Position numbers and translations under genes: made by a program. Shown one piece after another: positions 57,822-64,000 of a stretch of 64,000 nucleotides of DNA. Numbering within the stretch: the first letter of the stretch is position 1; every line of letters begins with the position of its first letter. The stretch spans positions 1,216,001 through 1,280,000 of the forward strand of contig CM000154.2 in NCBI GenBank assembly GCA_000004695.1, given 5' to 3'. The stretch comes from Dictyostelium discoideum (taxonomy: Eukaryota). Under the pieces are notes generated by a model. It did no database searches. It had not been told where the DNA came from and saw only the letters and a list, made by a program, of their open reading frames with translations.

Positions 57822-58782
57822 TTAATTTAATTGAAAATAATCTTGATTATCATCTTCATCCTCTAAAGGTAATTTATCAATTAAAGAACGAATGTAATTT
57901 GAATTTTTTGGATCAAGATCCAAAGCGGTATTTAAAGAATCTAAAGCTTTATCGAGTTCGCCCAATTGTTTATAACATTTACCTAAAAGAATGTAGATTG
58001 GAGTTTCTTTTGGTTCAATTTCTTTAAACTCTAATAATTGATCGATAGCATGATGATATTGTTGATTTGCAAAGAGGAAGGCAGCTAATTTGAATTTTGC
58101 AAAGGTATTCTTTGGTTGAATTTCAATTGAACGATATAGCATATCAATACCGTCTTGAATTTTATTTGGATTATGTTGTAGGGTCATACCTAAATAACAA
58201 CATAACACCGAACTGGACTCATTGATTGATAATGCTTTTCTAAAATGATACTCTGCTAAATTGTATTTCTCTTGACGATAATAAATCAATCCAATGCCAT
58301 AGAAGGCATTGTAATGACGTGGGTCACATCTAATGGCCATTCTAAATGCATTCAATGCTAACTCCAACTCGTCGTTCGCTAAATATTCATGACCACATAA
58401 TGTATAGGCATAGGTCATGTCTGGATCCAATTGAATGGCTCTTCTAAACAATTTGATTGCAGCTTCATGATCACGTTGTAAACTGAAACAATTGCCTACC
58501 ACTACCCAAGAGTAGGGTGACAATCTATCGAATTCTGAATATTTATGTGCAATATAACTTAATTCTGCATCTTCATTCATTTGCCATAACAATGTTGAAT
58601 ATAATTCCATACCCTCTAATCTATATGGTTCCATTTGTGATACCTCTTGAAATATTGATCTTGCCTCTTTATAATCAATTAATTCATGATATGCTTTTGC
58701 TACTTTTGTTAATACCCATCCAGTTCTATATTGTTCTTCTGATAATCTTTTAAATGATTCAATTGCTTCTTTACATAAATAT
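57822..58782 (-). CDS. anapc3: Anaphase-promoting complex subunit 3 (CDC27/APC3), exon 2 of 2 (C-terminal TPR array)
   Basis: Acceptor attaaag at 58784-83. It encodes (L)YLCKEAIESFKRLSEEQYRTGWVLTKVAKAYHELIDYKEARSIFQEVSQMEPYRLEGMELYSTLLWQMNED...WVVVGNCFSLQRDHEAAIKLFRRAIQLDPDMTYAYTLCGHEY...RHYNAFYGIGLIYYRQEKYNLAEYHFRKALSINESSSVLCCYLG... This is collinear with human CDC27 (WCAAGNCFSLQREHDIAIKFFQRAIQVDPNYAYAYTLLGHEF...RHYNAWYGLGMIYYKQEKFSLAEMHFQKALDINPQSSVLLCHIG). The stop is at 57822-24. Confidence 0.9.
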
Positions 58783-58867
58783 CTTTAATATATTAAAATA
58801 AATTTTTTTTAATTATTAGATTAGATACTTTTTATAAAATTATTTTAAAATATATATATACACATAC

Positions 58868-60436
58868 AAACAAAGTAATCTATAAGAATCTGCTAAAATA
58901 AAAAATAATTCTAATAGTTGAGTTTGACCTTTATGTAATTCAATTAAACCTTCATATAGATCACCACCATTGAAATCCAAAATTGAAGATTCATCAAATT
59001 CATAGAAATTTGGTTGAACTGAATTATCAGTAATATTTAATTGATCATCCTCTTCTAATTCTAATTCGTCAATAGATTTATTATGATGATGGAGATGATG
59101 ATGTTGTTGATAATGATGGTTTTCTTCATCATAATCATCATCACTTAATGAAGATGATAAACTTTTTAAACTAAATTCTTCAGTTTTACCAAAATTAACT
59201 TGTTTCTTTGTTTTTGTTAATAAAACCTCTTTATCTGTAATTGATGTTGTTGTTGTCGTTGTTGTTGTTGTTTGTTGTTTAGTTTGTTGTTGTTGTTGTT
59301 GTTGTTTTGATGTTGATGAAGTAAATCCATGGACATCACTACTTGTTGATGTTGTAAATATTGGACTCTTTAAATCAAGTGACATTGGTGTATCAAATTC
59401 ATTACTCATAGATTTCTTTATCATTTGAGATGGTGGTGCGCTCTTTTTATGTTGATGTGGTTGTTGTTTCTGATGATGATGAACACCTGGAGTTGAAGGT
59501 GTGTATGGAGTTTGACTATTGCTAGAAGGGGGATGTTGTGATCCTTTACTGTCAGGTGTATCCATAACCATTGGTATTGGATCTACAACATTTTGAGAAA
59601 ATCTATTTGAAAGTATTGGTGTTATATGAGAAAGTGGTGTTTGTGGTGTAACGAAATATCGATTATTATATTTTTGTAGATTTTGTTGTGATGGTTGTTG
59701 TGGCTGTTGTTGTTGTTGCTGTTGCTGTTGTTGATTAGTTTGTTGAATAGATGCTTTAAAATTAATTGGTGTAATATGTATTGATGAATCATAAAATGAG
59801 GAAGGTGTTAAACCAACTCTATGGTTTGGATGATATGGCGGTTTTATAAAATTATTTGGTTTAATTGTATTCGTTGTTATATTTGTTGTACCTGTAGCTA
59901 CTGTTGATGTGATAGTTTGTTCATTATTTTTATTACTGCTATTATTATTATTAATATTGTTATTATTGTTGTTATTATTATTATTATTATTATTAACTTT
60001 ATTTTGATTTAAGCTATTTGATAAATATTGTTGAAATTGTTGATGTTGTTGATGTTGTTGTTGATTTAAATGATTAATTTGATGAATTAAATTTGTATGG
60101 GAGAATAAGTCAGAGATATCAATTTCGTCGGGACATATATTACATAATTGCTCAAAAGCTACCCATAGGAATGGATAGGTGTAAACTGATTTTTTCAAGT
60201 ATTTAATTGCTTTCTCTTTTTGATTCTTTCTCTTTGATATTAATCCCATTAAATAATAAACTGATCCAATGCTACAAGGAGAATCAAAGCCATATGATAT
60301 ACTATTTATATCAACTATATCATCAAATTCACAAAGTATATCACTATAAATACCATAATATTCATTTTCATTATTGTTGCTATTGCTATTGTTATTGCTA
60401 TCATTATTTTTATTACTATTGTTACATTTATCTTTG

Positions 60437-60511
<75 letters not shown>

Positions 60512-60819
60512 GGTTGAAAATATTTTTCAAAATATATACAACATTTAATAATTGATGATTCAGCTTCTTGAATATTACCAAGATCATAATTTGATAATGC
60601 TAATAGATATAGGTTCTTTATCATTGTAATTTGAGGATGTTGTTGAAGTATTAATAAACATTGATTTATTTTACCCATTTGATAATAGATTTGAGCTATT
60701 TTAAAAAGGTTATCTTCATTGGCTGTTGATGCATATAATCTCTCTGAAAGAAATAATGCATTCTTTATTAATCCACAATGTATTGATTCATCAATACTTT
60801 GAATCATTATTTCTTCCAT
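58868..60819 (-). CDS. anapc3: CDC27/APC3, exon 1 (N-terminal TPRs, long Asn/Gln/Ser-rich disordered insert)
   Basis: ATG at 60819. It encodes MEEIMIQSIDESIHCGLIKNALFLSERLYASTANEDNLFKIAQIYYQMGKINQCLLILQQHPQ... Human has AIWQALNHYAYRDAVFLAERLYAEVHSEEALFLLATCYYRSGKAYKAYRLLKGH. The donor GTATGT at 58867-62 is phase 2 and the intron is 85 nt. The spliced protein is about 970 aa. Confidence 0.85.
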
Positions 60820-60985
60820 TTTTTTTTTTTTTTTTTTTTTTCTTAAAAATTTAATTATTTAATAATAAAATAAAAAATAAAAAATAAATATTATTTTATA
60901 TTAATTGTTTGACAATCGTTAAACCTTTTATTTATCTTGAAAAAAAATTAAAAATTAGAAAAAAATTTTTTTGTTGTTTATATTA

Positions 60986-61034
<49 letters not shown>

Positions 61035-61133
61035 GGGGTTATCCTTTTTTTTTTTTTTTTGTATTTAAATTTTAATTTTTAAAACAGTTGAGCATTTTGG
61101 ATAATAAAAAAAAAAAAAAAAAAAAAATTAAAA

Positions 61134-61298
61134 ATGGAAAATAAAGAAGTACAATTTAACAAAGATAAATCGTTATACAGTAATAGTGATATAAGGCAAA
61201 ACAATAAGAATGATGTTGTAATTACAACCAATTTTCATAATAGCAATAATTACGATCGTTCATATAAAAATAATAATAATAATAGTGATAATAGTGAT

Positions 61299-61335
<37 letters not shown>

Positions 61336-61512
61336 GCAATATTAATATAAACTATGTATCTAACAATCCAAATAGTAATAAATATTCAAATAGTAGTAAA
61401 CTGGAAATAAGGAATAATCATAGATCCACTCCCTATGATAGACCAAATAATAATAAATATAATGTAAAAACAACATACACTCAAAACTTTAACCCTACAA
61501 ATAATAATAATG

Positions 61513-61572
<60 letters not shown>

Positions 61573-62219
61573 TTAATATTAATAATGGAAATACACACTA
61601 TAATAGCAAATACTATAACCAAAATAATAATAATGAAAATAAAGAAAATAAAGAAAATAATAATAATAATAATTTTAATAATAAAAAATTAAATGTTGTA
61701 TCATTACCATCAGTTTTAAAGAATCAAAAAGAAACTGATGAAGAAAAGATTAAACAAAGACAAAAGCAAATTGACTTTGGTAAAAATACAATTGGTTATG
61801 ATAATTATATTCAGAGAGTACCAAAAGATAAAAGAGATAGAATACATCCAAGAACACCTGACAAATATCAAAAATGTTCAAGAAGGTCTTGGTTAGGTCA
61901 AATTAAAATTTGGAGAAAAGCATTACACAAATTTGATCCAAATAAAAGTGATAATGATAATGAAGATAGTGATAATGATAATTATATTGATAACGATAAT
62001 GAAGATGATAATCTTAAAAATGAAAAAGATGAAAATATCATAAAAATTAAAAAAGTACATGATAAAGATTATGAAATTGATGAACAATTAACACCACCAC
62101 CACCACCACCACCAAAAATAATAGAAAAGAAAAAGGAAGAAGAAGAAGAAGAAGAAGATTATGAAATTGAATCACTTGAGGAGAATCAAGAATTTTTAAG
62201 ACAATTATTAACAAAATAA
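61134..62219 (+). CDS. Histone RNA stem-loop-binding protein (SLBP) homolog; single exon, 361 aa
   Basis: ATG at 61134. Most of the protein is poly-Asn low complexity, but residues ~195-260 read [63 protein letters not shown]. This is collinear with the human SLBP RNA-binding domain [71 protein letters not shown] stretch and an acidic tail follow. Confidence 0.75.
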
Positions 62220-62381
62220 AATTTAATTATTTATTTTCCAATCTTTTAAAAAAGAAATAACAATATATTTTTCTTTTTTTTTTTTTTTATTTTATTTTAT
62301 TTTTATTTTATTTTCTATTGTTTGTTTCTTATTAACTGATACCAGTGAATATCAATATTCTTTTTTTTTCTTTTTTTTTTT

Positions 62382-63589
62382 CTAATCAAAATTTGATTCA
62401 TCAACAGAATAAGATTCTTGAATTAAAACTATTTTCTCTTGATCATCTGCATAATGTTCAATATATTGAACATTATTTTTAGCATGAAAATCATTTAATA
62501 AAAAGTTTGCAACACAAGTTCTAGTTTCTGATTGATATTTACCATCTTTCCAAAGTATAATTGTATTATCCAATGAACCCGTTGCAATTGAATTATCACT
62601 TAATATTGATACGCAAGTTATAGATTCAGTATGACCTTTCATATCACCAATAAATGTTGGACGTACTGGTAATTTTAATTTATTTTTATTATTATTACTA
62701 TTTGAACTATTTAAACTATTAATACCATTATTATTATTATTATTATTATTACTATTACCAATACTACCACTTAAACTAAAAGCACCATAAAAACTATTAC
62801 TTAAACTTTGACCACTACCACTATTTTGATTCCCATTAAAACTACTATTAAGATTATTATTACTATTAGTATTACCATTATACATTATTTCATGAGGCCA
62901 ATTCCAAACTGAAACTCTTGAACCTGCCCAAGTTAAAATTTTAGTATTATTATATAATGTGATTGCACCATTAATTTCTATATAATTTGAATCCTCTTTT
63001 GAAGAGGGTGAAAATTCTAACATTGTACTACCACCTTTTGTAGTATCGAATATACTAAAACCCTTATTAATTGTTGCCAATAAGAAATCACCTGAACAAA
63101 TTGGAAATAAATAATTGATTGAATTTTTACAATGTTGTTGATAAAGTGGTGATAATGTTTTTGAACACCATACAATGATAGTTTGATCTTTTGAGCCTGT
63201 TACGAATCTGTCATTTGAGATATTGAATAAACTAGTGACAATATCTTTATGAGTTATATCTGATTGACCCAATGTTTTCGCGGTTTTATTCTCTTGATCG
63301 TATTGATAAGCTATTAGAAATGGTGATGATGGTCCTGCAACAATTATGAAATTGTTTACACAAAGTATACCATGAGTATACTCTTTTTGGATTCTAGCTA
63401 TACTTCTTTTAAATTCACCTTCTTCACTCCAAACTATAATATCATCATCATTTGAAATCGAACAAAATCCACCTGGTATCTTTTCTAAAAATTTTAAACT
63501 CTTTTCATGTTTCTCTAATGTTTTTAAACATTCTAATTGATGTGATTTATTTTCTTCATTATAAATTGGTATTTTATTTAAATCCCACA

Positions 63590-63590
<1 letters not shown>
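62382..63590 (-). CDS. WD40-repeat protein, last exon
   Basis: The acceptor ag at 63592-91 precedes ATGTGGGAT. Joining to the upstream exon gives ...SGSMDKKIK|MWDLNKIP, a textbook WD-repeat end (DxxIKxWDL), which supports the splice. It encodes further WD-like units (IIVWSEEG, TIIVWCSKT, SVWNWPHE, TIILWKDGK) and an Asn/Ser-rich insert. The stop is at 62382-84. Confidence 0.65.
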
Positions 63591-63623
<33 letters not shown>

Positions 63624-63703
63624 TTTTTTTATAATTAATAATAATGGATAATGAATAATGAATATATTGACTTATGTATTTATTTATTAATTTATATATT
63701 TAC

Positions 63704-64000
63704 TTTAATTTTCTTATCCATTGAACCTGATATTAAAATATTACTAAATGAGAGTAAGCAAGTTACACGTTGAGAATGTCCTTCTAATCTCATTAATAAA
63801 CGACCTGATGAAATTGACCAAATTAAAATGACACTATCATCACTTGCTGATGCTAATCTTTCTGAATCAATTTTCAATAATGTTTGAATTGGTAGTTTAT
63901 GCTCAGTAAGAATTTGAATTTCATTTAAACTTGGTAATTCTTGAATTTGATAATTTAAATTATTATTATTATTATTATTGTTATTATTGTTATTGTTATT
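63704..64000 (-). CDS. WD40-repeat protein, upstream exon (partial; gene continues beyond the right edge of the window)
   Basis: The frame is open from the window edge: ...NNNNLNYQIQELPSLNEIQILTEHKLPIQTLLKIDSERLASASDDSVILIWSISSGRLLMRLEGHSQRVTCLLSFSNILISGSMDKKIK. The donor GTAAAT at 63703 is phase 0. The 5' end is not in the window. Confidence 0.55.

Overview
This window is eukaryotic nuclear DNA, and everything in it points to Dictyostelium discoideum. It is very AT-rich, with intergenic poly-A/T tracts and AAT/ATT microsatellites. Coding regions carry long poly-Asn/Gln runs. Introns are short (about 80-250 nt), AT-only, start GTAAGT/GTATGT and end in AG. Several predicted proteins are near-identical to known Dictyostelium proteins (cAMP receptor, HSP60, dictomallein). 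There is no sign of prokaryotic gene organisation, CRISPR arrays, rRNA or tRNA genes. The 'M' at the start of many ORFs in the supplied track is an alternative start codon (TTG/GTG) shown as M. Gene starts and exon junctions below were therefore re-derived by hand from the nucleotide sequence; most are +/- a few nt, the exceptions are flagged per feature. The window is gene-dense, with about 21 protein-coding genes in 64 kb on both strands. In order: (1) a multi-exon EXS-domain (ERD1/XPR1/SYG1-type) membrane protein gene; (2) a giant 3-exon, 3365-aa Roco-family gene with RhoGAP, GRAM, catalytically dead myotubularin, LRR, Roc, COR and kinase domains, possibly roco9; (3) the AMPK gamma subunit (CBS-domain) gene; (4) an IFRD/Tis7-like gene; (5) a RhoGAP + WD40 gene; (6) mitochondrial HSP60 (hspA); (7) an EDC4/Ge-1 decapping enhancer; (8) a small unknown 2-exon gene; (9) a single-exon Twinkle-type mitochondrial primase-helicase; (10) an Asn/Gln-rich low-complexity gene; (11) a cAMP receptor (cAR family, probably carB/cAR2); (12) a Tel2/TELO2-like gene; (13) MMS19; (14) a Ser-rich secreted mucin-like protein with internal tandem repeats; (15) a dictomallein (M66 metalloprotease); (16) a small type-I membrane protein; (17) an unusual CAP/SCP-domain + papain-type cysteine protease fusion; (18) CDC27/APC3; (19) an SLBP (histone stem-loop-binding protein) homolog; and (20) a WD40 gene whose 5' end runs off the right edge of the window. 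I found no previously undescribed system. The items most worth follow-up are the CAP-papain fusion, the pseudo-phosphatase and degenerate Roc P-loop in the Roco gene, the SLBP homolog, and a duplicated upstream motif between the small unknown gene and twinkle.
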